A DNA stretch of 24,000 nucleotides from Candidatus Heimdallarchaeota archaeon (GTDB lineage Archaea > Asgardarchaeota > Heimdallarchaeia > Hodarchaeales > Hodarchaeaceae). Location of the stretch: NCBI GenBank assembly GCA_019057635.1, contig DXJL01000156.1, forward strand, positions 46,105 through 70,104. The letters are read 5' to 3'. The translations under genes and the position numbers were made by a program. Position 1 is the stretch's first letter. The number at the start of each line of letters is the position of its first letter. This document shows positions 8,401 to 16,371 of the stretch, in pieces. The notes beneath the pieces are model-generated. The model saw only the letters and a program-made list of their open reading frames with translations. It ran no database searches and was not told where the DNA came from.

Positions 8401-9555
8401 CCCGCACCTCTGACAACAAAAGGAACCTCGCGATGTTCGATTCCGCTTATCTACATGGCCACACTTACTACATTGTTGGGAGGTATACGCTTCGTCTACC
8501 CGTACTACGGTCATTCCAACAAGTTTAGCCTTGTATTCAAGCATTTGAACCAATTGGGAGAAGGGAAGTTGAATAAACGACTGATTTATCCGTTTTCCTA
8601 AGTTGCAGTGCTGTTTCCATCCCGCATTATAACCAATGACTAAGGTCTTTATCTTCTGCTCTAAACAGTAGTTGATTATTCGACGGGAGATTTGATGGAA
8701 GATATCGTGGAGCTTATTAATCCGTCTACGATGTAGGCGTTGTATACGACGAGTAGTATACTGATGATTACAGATGGTGGCTAAGGATCGATAATGCGCA
8801 AGTTGCTTGTTATACCACTGATTAATGGTCTTAACTACCCCGCCTTTGACGAGTAAGCCGTCTGACGTAGTTACGAGATTGGTAAGACCGAGATCTATTC
8901 CCATAGTTCGGGATGGAAAATCAGAGGAAGGAAATGGTTGCGCTTGTACTTCATAGAGTAATTCTACCACAAAGCGATCATAAAATGGCACTAACCGCGC
9001 CCCAACACATGCTTCCGCTGTCAATGGAAGAGAATCCAGGGGAAAGGTCGGAAACCCTCGTGCCATGAGATTTCGAGTAAATAGAATTTGGCTATTACGG
9101 ATTCGAACTCTGCGCCGGGGAAAGCTCAGCATATACATTCCGTTCTTGGGTTTATATCTAGGGGTTCGGGGGCGGGTTCGAAACCGGCCAGGATCCTTTT
9201 TCCAAACTTTCAGCGCGTTAAAAAAGCTGCGCCAAGTTTGTTCTACCTGTCGTAGGACCTGTTGGGGTAAATAGCTATCAGACATGTCTTTTAATGCTAG
9301 ATACACTGGTTCGTGCTTGAGGCGATGATATAGGTTGGTATATTGGATCCATTTCCCTGTACTGAAAAATTCTTGTCGTACCTCATATGTCGCTCGATTA
9401 TAGAGATTTTTGGCACAGGTGCACAAATCGGTGAAAATTGGCCTAGGTTTCATTTGCATTCGGATAGCTAATTGGGGTTGAGGGTTTTTCTTGATACGCA
9501 TTCCCATTCCTTTTTGGAATTTTCACTCTTATAAACTTGAGACAAAGAGAGAGCG
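8200..9555 (-). mobile_element. tnpA-less IS200/IS605-family element carrying only tnpB (boundaries approximate)
   Basis: tnpB has no Y1/HUH transposase ORF on either side. Hand counts of 60-nt lines inside tnpB give 43-50% G+C (lines 8941 and 9121), against about 32% in flanking genes (lines 7621 and 9661). The composition step coincides with roughly 8.22 kb and 9.52 kb. Exact LE/RE hairpins were not resolved. Confidence 0.55.
8236..9507 (-). CDS. tnpB: TnpB (IS200/IS605 family OrfB, RNA-guided RuvC-type endonuclease)
   Basis: 423 aa. RuvC triad candidates are D in MGIDLGLTNLV, E in VDEAYTSQQC and D in LNADYNAARNI. A zinc ribbon CSKCG...CCQRCG sits between RuvC-II and RuvC-III. There is an N-terminal helical bundle (NLYNRATYEVRQEF). 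Confidence 0.9.
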   Translation of the reverse strand: MGMRIKKNPQPQLAIRMQMKPRPIFTDLCTCAKNLYNRATYEVRQEFFSTGKWIQYTNLYHRLKHEPVYLALKDMSDSYLPQQVLRQVEQTWRSFFNALKVWKKDPGRFRTRPRTPRYKPKNGMYMLSFPRRRVRIRNSQILFTRNLMARGFPTFPLDSLPLTAEACVGARLVPFYDRFVVELLYEVQAQPFPSSDFPSRTMGIDLGLTNLVTTSDGLLVKGGVVKTINQWYNKQLAHYRSLATICNHQYTTRRIQRLHRRRINKLHDIFHQISRRIINYCLEQKIKTLVIGYNAGWKQHCNLGKRINQSFIQLPFSQLVQMLEYKAKLVGMTVVRVDEAYTSQQCSKCGHVDKRNRTSRGSFCCQRCGVHLNADYNAARNILQRYPTDSQVVPTDSIHSSVTNLPDSGCVTHPVQNSFSRVV

Positions 9556-9639
9556 GTGAAATTGATGAATGTGATGAAATTGAACCCTTTTTCTTCCCGA
9601 CCAGTACTGATAAAAACTAGTGTTCTGACAAATTTGATC

Positions 9640-10287
9640 ATGCCTAAGATTCAGTGTATCATATTCGATGTGGATGGGACATTACTTGACAATACAAATT
9701 TTATAGTATCCCTATTTCAGGATACTGTAATAAAATATCTTGGACCAGCAAAAAGTATGTCTAGGAATGAAGTTTTGTCATTATGGGGTCCACCTGGAGA
9801 TGAAATCTTTAGAAAAGTATTTCCACCCGAGGTAGTTGACGAAGCTTGGTCAGAATTTCTCATTAAGTATCGTAACACTCATACAAAAACGGGTTTTTTT
9901 TCTCGTGTGGAATTGAATGACTTTCGGAAATATGTTCAATATCTAGTAATTTTTACTGGTAAATCGCGTTATACTAATACCATCTCTTTGGAAGAATTGG
10001 ATATTACTGATTGTTTCGACCTTATCTATACTGGAAGTGATGTGGAAAATTCAAAACCCCATCCTGATGCACTGTTCCTTATATTAGAAGATTTAGATCT
10101 GAATCCGGATAAAGTAATCTTTATTGGGGATAGCCATCTTGATATCATTGCAGGAAAGGCTGCAGGTATTCCAACCGCTGGGGCCGAATGGGGAGCAGTT
10201 GAGTTGGAAAAGCTCCTCCAAAGCAAGCCTGATCATGTTTTTAAGACCCCAAATGACTTTATCAAGTTCATAGAAAGCGCTTCATGA
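9640..10287 (+). CDS. HAD-superfamily phosphatase (phosphoglycolate phosphatase / PpaX-like)
   Basis: Motif I is IIFDVDGTLLD, immediately after the ATG at 9640. Motif II region is FTGKSR. Motif IV is IFIGDSHLDIIAGKAAG. The track ORF starts at GTG 9556, but the 28 extra residues precede the nucleophile motif, so ATG 9640 is preferred. Confidence 0.8.
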   Translation: MPKIQCIIFDVDGTLLDNTNFIVSLFQDTVIKYLGPAKSMSRNEVLSLWGPPGDEIFRKVFPPEVVDEAWSEFLIKYRNTHTKTGFFSRVELNDFRKYVQYLVIFTGKSRYTNTISLEELDITDCFDLIYTGSDVENSKPHPDALFLILEDLDLNPDKVIFIGDSHLDIIAGKAAGIPTAGAEWGAVELEKLLQSKPDHVFKTPNDFIKFIESAS

Positions 10288-10302
10288 TTTGGTCTTGATT
10301 TT

Positions 10303-12447
10303 ATGACTAAAAAAATGATTGAAACCACTTTTCCAATCATTGAAATAAGTCAACTCGCCATACCTGAACGCAGCAGCTATAAACCTATTTATCAGATTTC
10401 TAAATGGTTTGCCCGACGATCTTCGGCTATTTTTAGGGCCATTCTCCTTAGCTGTACTCTTAATTCATCAGAGAATTTCATGGACGAATTTTATAATGCT
10501 AAGGATAGTTTCAAAGATATAACTATTCTTGATCCATTTATGGGAGGAGGAACAACAATTATAGAAGCTTTAAGGCTTGGTATGCAATGTATCGGAGTTG
10601 ATATTAATCCAGTTGCATGGTTTATCACTAAAACTGAGAGTGCTATGGTCGATATAGAAGAACTTCAAGGTTTAATCACAAAATGTGAAGAAAACCTTGA
10701 AAATGATGTGAAAAAATGGTATAAAACCTCCTGTCCAGTATGTGAGAATCCCGCTGATATAATTTACACTCATTGGGTCAAATGCTTACCCTGTCCGACA
10801 TGTAATTCACTCATCCCTATGTTTCGTAATTTTCTTGTCGGTTATTTGGCTAATGAGGCAATCCTTCTCTGTCCCTCATGTTATGCAGTATTTCCTTCAA
10901 ATAAACCGATCACATCAGATAATAGATGTCCTGAATGTACTCAAAAATTCAAACCGAGTGCGGGTTTTAGAAAGGGTAGAAAATTGCTCGAATGTCCAGA
11001 TTGTGGAAATTCTGTCAATATCTTAAACTCTATTCGTTCGATTAAGACTCCTCTCGCTTGCAAACCGTTTGCCATTGAAGGATATTGTTGTCACTGTGCA
11101 AATGAGAAAGATCCTGATTCAGACCTTGCAAAATCTAGATATAAATTTATCAAAAGAGTTTCACAAACAGACAGAGATCTTTATAAAAAGGCTGAAGATC
11201 ACTGGAAGAATTATTCAGGCATCTTTCTTTGGCCAAAAGAAGATATCCCGATTGGCATGACAACAAAGGTTTTATTAAATCATAACTATACTAAATGGGC
11301 TGACCTATTTACATACCGTCAATTATTAACTTTGAGTTTAATTTTAAACTTCATTAAAGACATTGAAGAAGAACATCTCCAAGAGATGTTTTTAGCGGCA
11401 TTTCTAAACCTCTTAAATCACAACAATTCGTTTACAAGGTATTCTCCTAAAGGGCAAAAAGTCGAGGGGATATTTTCTCGCCATGATTTTCACCCTTTGT
11501 CTACATTTGCAGAAAATAATGTGTGGGGGACGAGATATGGACGTGGAACTTGGATCAAATGCCTCAAAAGATTACTAGAAGGGAAGAAGTACAACCTTGA
11601 ACCCTATAATTTTACGTCTATAAATTCCAAAGAAAAGATCTCTAAGCGTCGAAGAATCGTATCTGGTAAAATTGATGGAAAAGTATACAATGGAGAAATT
11701 GAGCATTTTCCTGATGAAAAAAGTAATTTACTTCTTCTCTGTCAAGACTCTGAAAAACTTCCCTTGTTTACAAATGGCGTTGACCTTTTGATCTCTGATC
11801 CCCCGTATGCTGATAATGTAAATTATTCAGAACTATCTGATTTCTTATATGTTTGGATTCGATTAATATTACAGGAAAAATATCCCTTCTTTATTCCAGT
11901 TGAGACTCCAAAATTGGGAGAGGCAATTGAAACAAAAAATAGAGGTACTGATTACTATTCCAAACTCTTTAATATTTTTAGAAGCTGTAAGAAACAGCTC
12001 ATCCCAGGTGGGTTGTTTGTATTTACATTTCATCATGGTAATCCTGATACTTGGTTTAAACTTGCTGAAGTAATTGAATCGTCTGGTTTTAGCGTGGTTA
12101 AAACGCATGTTTTGCAGAGTGAAGCCTTGAATGTTCTGAATATCCAAAATAAGAAAGCCGTGTCTTATGATTTAATTCTTGTCTGCCAGCAGAATCAACA
12201 AAAAAGGAAAAAACCCCATAATTTATCAGAATTTGTAGAACGGTTAAGCAAGAATTATGATAAGAAATTTACCTATTATACTGAGATAGGTCTCACAATA
12301 CATACAAATAATGTGATAGTTGTATTCTTTGGTGAATATTTGGAGCTTATTTCAAAGGTACAACCAGTAAACTGGTCAGACTCAATTGCTAAATCTGATC
12401 TAAGAAAAAGTTGTAAAGACCTTTACTCGAGTAAAATTATTGCCTGA
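10303..12447 (+). CDS. DUF1156/COG1743-type adenine-specific DNA methyltransferase with three inserted zinc ribbons
   Basis: 714 aa. N-terminal DUF1156-like block: MIETTFPIIEISQLAIPERS...ISKWFARRSSAIFRAILLS. Motif I: ILDPFMGGGTTIIEALRLGMQCIGVDINPVA. Three CxxC...CxxC pairs: CPVC/CPTC, CPSC/CPEC, CPDC/CCHC. Motif IV: LLISDPPYADNVNYSELSDFLYVWIR, the family-typical DPPY...Y..LSDF.YVW. Confidence 0.8.
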   Translation: MTKKMIETTFPIIEISQLAIPERSSYKPIYQISKWFARRSSAIFRAILLSCTLNSSENFMDEFYNAKDSFKDITILDPFMGGGTTIIEALRLGMQCIGVDINPVAWFITKTESAMVDIEELQGLITKCEENLENDVKKWYKTSCPVCENPADIIYTHWVKCLPCPTCNSLIPMFRNFLVGYLANEAILLCPSCYAVFPSNKPITSDNRCPECTQKFKPSAGFRKGRKLLECPDCGNSVNILNSIRSIKTPLACKPFAIEGYCCHCANEKDPDSDLAKSRYKFIKRVSQTDRDLYKKAEDHWKNYSGIFLWPKEDIPIGMTTKVLLNHNYTKWADLFTYRQLLTLSLILNFIKDIEEEHLQEMFLAAFLNLLNHNNSFTRYSPKGQKVEGIFSRHDFHPLSTFAENNVWGTRYGRGTWIKCLKRLLEGKKYNLEPYNFTSINSKEKISKRRRIVSGKIDGKVYNGEIEHFPDEKSNLLLLCQDSEKLPLFTNGVDLLISDPPYADNVNYSELSDFLYVWIRLILQEKYPFFIPVETPKLGEAIETKNRGTDYYSKLFNIFRSCKKQLIPGGLFVFTFHHGNPDTWFKLAEVIESSGFSVVKTHVLQSEALNVLNIQNKKAVSYDLILVCQQNQQKRKKPHNLSEFVERLSKNYDKKFTYYTEIGLTIHTNNVIVVFFGEYLELISKVQPVNWSDSIAKSDLRKSCKDLYSSKIIA

Positions 12448-12453
12448 TATTGA

Positions 12454-13236
12454 GTGTATAGCATGAGCGACGAATCCAAATACAAACTAGTAATAGGAGA
12501 TGTTAACCATGCTCTACCTAATATGGCAAAAAAACGTTTGTTTGATTTAATCATTGCTGACCCTCCATTTGGAATTTCCTTCAGCAAATCTTCTCATGAA
12601 TATGGAGCAGACGAATATCACCTATATAATGACGATTATACTACTGATAATTATTACGAATTTTCAAAAAAATGGATTTTAAATTGTTATAATGCGCTTA
12701 GTCCAACTGGAAGTCTTTATATTATATCTGGATGGACTAATCTTCAATACATTTTAAATGCACTTGAAACCACAGATTTTCATATGCTAAATCATGCGAT
12801 TTGGCATTTTTCATGGGGGGTCTACACGAAACGTCGCTTTGTTACAAGTCATTACCATATTTTATTGCTTGTAAAAAATCGTAAGAAATATCAGTTCTAT
12901 AAACAAAAGCATTATGATGAAGATGTTTTCTTTTGGCAGGAATACAATAGAGGGAATGACCCTCATCGTATTAAGGGACATCCTTGCCAACTTCCCATAG
13001 TTCTCCTAGAAAAATTAATTCTAACCTCAAGTTCTGTAGGTGATCTAGTAGGAGATGTATTTTCTGGATCTGGAGGGACGATTCTAGCAGCGCGTAAGAC
13101 TGAACGGGATGTAATAGGATTCGAACTTAGAGAAGAATATAAACCCATTATCGAAAAGAAAGCGTTGTTTGGGAAATCTCTATACAAATATAATCAGAAG
13201 AATACACTAGATTCTTACTTAGAAACACAAGAATGA
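12454..13236 (+). CDS. Beta-class N6-A/N4-C DNA methyltransferase (PF01555 type)
   Basis: 260 aa. Motif IV (DLIIADPPFGISF) is N-terminal and motif I (VGDVFSGSGGTILAARKTERDVIGFELREEY) is C-terminal, preceded by GHPCQLPIVLLEKLI. The GTG start at 12454 lies 6 nt after the upstream stop; the ATG alternative is at 12463. Confidence 0.85.
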   Translation: MYSMSDESKYKLVIGDVNHALPNMAKKRLFDLIIADPPFGISFSKSSHEYGADEYHLYNDDYTTDNYYEFSKKWILNCYNALSPTGSLYIISGWTNLQYILNALETTDFHMLNHAIWHFSWGVYTKRRFVTSHYHILLLVKNRKKYQFYKQKHYDEDVFFWQEYNRGNDPHRIKGHPCQLPIVLLEKLILTSSSVGDLVGDVFSGSGGTILAARKTERDVIGFELREEYKPIIEKKALFGKSLYKYNQKNTLDSYLETQE

Positions 13237-13253
13237 GAGTATCGTCTCTCAAG

Positions 13254-14999
13254 TTAGTCTGAAACCAACAGTAGTTCTTTATACGAAGAACATTCATATA
13301 GTTCTAATATTAAATCGTCGATTTCGTCTTTCTGCATAATTCGAGGCTGTGTTGATGGGTGAGAATTCTTGAATTGAGTTTCAATTGTCCCGAGAATCTT
13401 TTCATTATCCTCTGGAGGTCGAATTGGAAGACGTTTCAGATTTTTGATTGAAATTGCATTTGTATATTTTGATCCAAGGTTGAATTGATTTTCATAATAC
13501 CAATGCATAAGACTAGAATTCAGTATTGCTAAAATGTAGTAAAGATAAATTGGTTTTCTTCGCCATTGTTCCTTTAACCGTATATTGTAAACATTCTGAG
13601 TTGTAAGAGTGTTATTTAAATCAATTGCAGCACAGGGAAATTGCTTTATTTTCTGTAACACAATTTTTGGTGATTTGTAGACATTTCGATTCTTTTTAGA
13701 TTTAAATTCTATTGTGTCATTAAAAAAATGAGTAGATTTAATATAATAATGGTTAAAATCATCACCCGTAAGTATTGGTGTAATATGCTCTGACGATTTA
13801 CTGGGATTTATTAGGAATTGGATCAATAATTGACTTTTATCTAGAATCTCATGACATTGAGGACATTCAACTCTAGGTTTTCTACTTGATAATGGTACCC
13901 ACGATGTACAGAAATTACAGTACATTACTCCTCCTTTTTTACTTAGCTCTTCACCCCGCTGTATTGTTACATATTCTTCTAATCCTTTTGCATTTTTCTT
14001 AATTTGATCTAATACTTGGAAAGATGTTTTATCAGTTATGTTCGTAAATATATAATCAGTATTGGTCATGTAGACAGTTTGCAGAATTCTTTCCTCATTA
14101 TCTACAAGAATTTCATTCTTGGATTTGATTTTGTCAGTGAAGAGAGCTACAATTGATATGAATTCCTGTGTTACATGTTCAAATAAATCGTGAAAAAACA
14201 GAGATTTAATCCGATAGTTATGGAGAATGAATTTTCGCAGATTTGCATATTGATTAGACCGTGTTAAGTTTTTTGGGAGATATAATGCCAAGTAACCACT
14301 ATTTGATCTTAGTAAATATGTGCTTTGATATACAAATAGTTCAAACGAGTTCAAATTTCGTCTTGAACCTGATAGTTTAAATTTTTTGAAATAATGAGCT
14401 CTTTCCTCTTTTGTTAATTGACTTCCCCAAGGTGGATTTCCGATAATGAGGTCGAATCCAGGAAAATTCTCAGGTATCTTTTTCCAAGAAGTGAAATCAC
14501 TTTCTAGAAAATTCCCTCTCACTAGATTATTCTTCATCCACTTTGGAATAATTTCTTTGTCTATATCCCAGGAATGCCCTTTTAAAATTTCTTGGCATCC
14601 AAGCAGAGTTCTAGAATTTATTTCCATGCCATACAGGTTGTTTAATATTTTCCTTCGATAATTTTTTGTCTTATTTATTCCTAATTCGGCAAGTCGTTGA
14701 GTTATAGAATCAGAAACTCCAAGTAATAAATGATAGGACGTTATTATAAATTCTCCTTGTCCTACTGAACCGTCAAGGATCGTAAAGCTTAGTATGTACG
14801 ACAATAGTTCTTGTAAGACTTTGGTATTGCCTGAATTGATAATATTTTCAACAGATGAATGTGAAACATTAAACCTACGTCGCATTTGAAATATAATTGC
14901 TTGTTGAATGGCTCGATTCGTCAATTCAAATGCGAGTGAACTTGGAGTGTTAAATGCACCGAAGGATTTTTTGAATTCACTATTCTTCATTGGATCCAA
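13254..14999 (-). CDS. Gamma-class N6-adenine DNA methyltransferase (Eco57I/TaqI-like) with its own C-terminal target-recognition domain
   Basis: 581 aa. Motif X: FGAFNTPSSLA. Motif I: ILDGSVGQGEFI. Motif IV: LIIGNPPWG. Internal zinc ribbon: CNFC...CPQC. The C-terminal TaqI_C/HsdS-like TRD pattern is YLYYILAILNSSLMHWYY...IKNLKRLPI. No N-terminal nuclease domain. Confidence 0.85.
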   Translation of the reverse strand: MDPMKNSEFKKSFGAFNTPSSLAFELTNRAIQQAIIFQMRRRFNVSHSSVENIINSGNTKVLQELLSYILSFTILDGSVGQGEFIITSYHLLLGVSDSITQRLAELGINKTKNYRRKILNNLYGMEINSRTLLGCQEILKGHSWDIDKEIIPKWMKNNLVRGNFLESDFTSWKKIPENFPGFDLIIGNPPWGSQLTKEERAHYFKKFKLSGSRRNLNSFELFVYQSTYLLRSNSGYLALYLPKNLTRSNQYANLRKFILHNYRIKSLFFHDLFEHVTQEFISIVALFTDKIKSKNEILVDNEERILQTVYMTNTDYIFTNITDKTSFQVLDQIKKNAKGLEEYVTIQRGEELSKKGGVMYCNFCTSWVPLSSRKPRVECPQCHEILDKSQLLIQFLINPSKSSEHITPILTGDDFNHYYIKSTHFFNDTIEFKSKKNRNVYKSPKIVLQKIKQFPCAAIDLNNTLTTQNVYNIRLKEQWRRKPIYLYYILAILNSSLMHWYYENQFNLGSKYTNAISIKNLKRLPIRPPEDNEKILGTIETQFKNSHPSTQPRIMQKDEIDDLILELYECSSYKELLLVSD

Positions 15000-15125
15000 T
15001 ATTATTCTACCTAAATGTTATATCTTCTTTTGAGAGCTGAATAGTGTTTTACAGGTCACACTGCAGAAGATAGGATTTAAACTCTGCGATCAAAAATATT
15101 GTATTCCATAATATGAGAAGAGAGA

Positions 15126-15137
15126 AATTTTTATACT
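15126..15137 (+). promoter_or_regulatory. TATA-box-like element upstream of 15160 (short-leader or leaderless transcript)
   Basis: aaatttttatac is centred about 28 nt upstream of the ATG at 15160, which fits archaeal TATA-to-start spacing if the mRNA is leaderless. The background is AT-rich, so specificity is low. Confidence 0.25.
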
Positions 15138-15159
15138 CTCACAATTTATGTGAAGTTAA

Positions 15160-15612
15160 ATGAAAGGTCTAACTCATGTCTTCTTCGGAGTAGGACTTGT
15201 TAGTGCTGTTTTAGCTTACTTACAGATATCCCTAGGTCTATGGGGAATCGGAACATTTATAATAGCACCAATATTTTCTCGTCTACCCGATTTTGATCAA
15301 AAAATTGCGAAAATTACTTTTAATCAGGTTATTCCCCATCGAGGTATTCTTTCACACAATTTACTATATGGAGTTCCAATATTTTTGTGTTTCTATGTAT
15401 CTGATTCCCCAATATTCCTGGTAGCTATTATCTCGGTATTTGGAGCTCTTTTTATTCACGTTTTCGTTGATGCATTTAATTCAGGAGGTGTTTGGATGGG
15501 ACTCTTTCATCTATCATTTGCCAATTTTGGATGGGACTCGTTTTTAGGGAATTTAATTTTTAAGCTCGTAGGGATAGGATTACTAGGAATATCAATTTTC
15601 GTCTATTTATAA
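15160..15612 (+). CDS. Membrane-bound metal-dependent hydrolase, DUF457/YdjM family
   Basis: 150 aa with 4-5 TM segments. Family-like His/Asp positions: MKGLTHVFFG, PHRGILSHNLLYG, FIHVFVDAFNSGGV. Confidence 0.6.
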   Translation: MKGLTHVFFGVGLVSAVLAYLQISLGLWGIGTFIIAPIFSRLPDFDQKIAKITFNQVIPHRGILSHNLLYGVPIFLCFYVSDSPIFLVAIISVFGALFIHVFVDAFNSGGVWMGLFHLSFANFGWDSFLGNLIFKLVGIGLLGISIFVYL

Positions 15613-15648
15613 TCTAAATAGAATTCACTGTCTGGAAAGCGATTCAAA

Positions 15649-16359
15649 ATGGTCGAAACAATATATCTTACCGATATGTACCAAAAAGAGTTTGAAGCGG
15701 AAGTTATTTCTGTAACTGATGATAAATTCATTGTACTTGATCAAACAGCCTTTTATCCTAAGTCGGGAGGAGTTGCTAATGATGAAGGCCACCTTATCCG
15801 TGACAATGATGAGTTTAATGTTGTTTATGTAGGCAAATTTAGTGGTAAAATTTCTCATGAAGTAGATAAGCCAGGTTTAAAAGTGGGTGATAAAATAATT
15901 GGAAAATTAGATTGGGATCGCCGTTACACATTGATGCGATATCACACAGCTGCCCATGTAATATCTGGCGCTTTTTATCATAATTTAAATGCTAAAATAA
16001 CTGGGAATGAGATTTCAATTGACCAAGGAAGAGTGGATTTTAATTTGGAAAACTTTGACCGAGCACTTATCGAAAAAGAAGTTAACAATTCGAACATAAT
16101 AATTTCCAAAGATCATTCTGTTGAAGTGTATTCTCTTGATAGGAAGGATGTTGAGTCAGATCCTGATCTAACGAAACTAGCAATGGGTTTACCTAAAAAT
16201 ATTCAAAAATTAAGAATTGTTGATATCAAAAATTTTGACAGACAACCTGATGGCGGGTGTCATGTCAGATCGCTAAAGGAAATAGGTAATATAAAGATTA
16301 AAAAACTTGTGAATAAAGGAAAAAATAATAGACGTTTATATTTCACAATCGAATCTTAA
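15649..16359 (+). CDS. alaX: Alanyl-tRNA editing protein AlaX-M (tRNA synthetase second additional domain)
   Basis: 236 aa. The zinc-binding HxxxH is in RYHTAAHVISG and the CxxxH-type motif is in PDGGCHVRS. An N-terminal beta-barrel-like region (FYPKSGG) is present. The size fits AlaX-M. Confidence 0.85.
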   Translation: MVETIYLTDMYQKEFEAEVISVTDDKFIVLDQTAFYPKSGGVANDEGHLIRDNDEFNVVYVGKFSGKISHEVDKPGLKVGDKIIGKLDWDRRYTLMRYHTAAHVISGAFYHNLNAKITGNEISIDQGRVDFNLENFDRALIEKEVNNSNIIISKDHSVEVYSLDRKDVESDPDLTKLAMGLPKNIQKLRIVDIKNFDRQPDGGCHVRSLKEIGNIKIKKLVNKGKNNRRLYFTIES

Positions 16360-16371
16360 AGGTGAAAAAAA

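Noticed and set aside
8269-9274. + strand ORFs 8269-8601 and 9065-9274 inside tnpB
   Set aside because: They are antisense to the intact tnpB frame. I considered whether either could be a tnpA remnant, but neither shows an HUH or catalytic Tyr motif.
9556-9639. GTG-initiated 28-residue N-terminal extension of the HAD phosphatase
   Set aside because: HAD enzymes normally begin a few residues before the DxDGT nucleophile motif. The ATG at 9640 gives MPKIQCIIFDVDGTL. The extension also overlaps the probable left end of the IS element.
10835-12147. Small ORFs 10835-11026 (+), 11069-11260 (+) and 11869-12147 (-)
   Set aside because: They are out-of-frame or antisense within the DUF1156 methylase gene, which has continuous family motifs across this span.
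13254-14999. Possibility that the 581-aa NPPW enzyme is a type IIG restriction-modification fusion
   Set aside because: The protein starts directly with methylase motif X/I and has no N-terminal PD-(D/E)xK region. The C-terminal half reads as a TaqI_C/HsdS-like TRD plus a Zn ribbon. It is called as a methylase only.
15625-15858. Minus-strand 77-aa ORF
   Set aside because: It is antisense to the alaX 5' region and its translation is low-complexity and Ile/Phe/Asn-rich.
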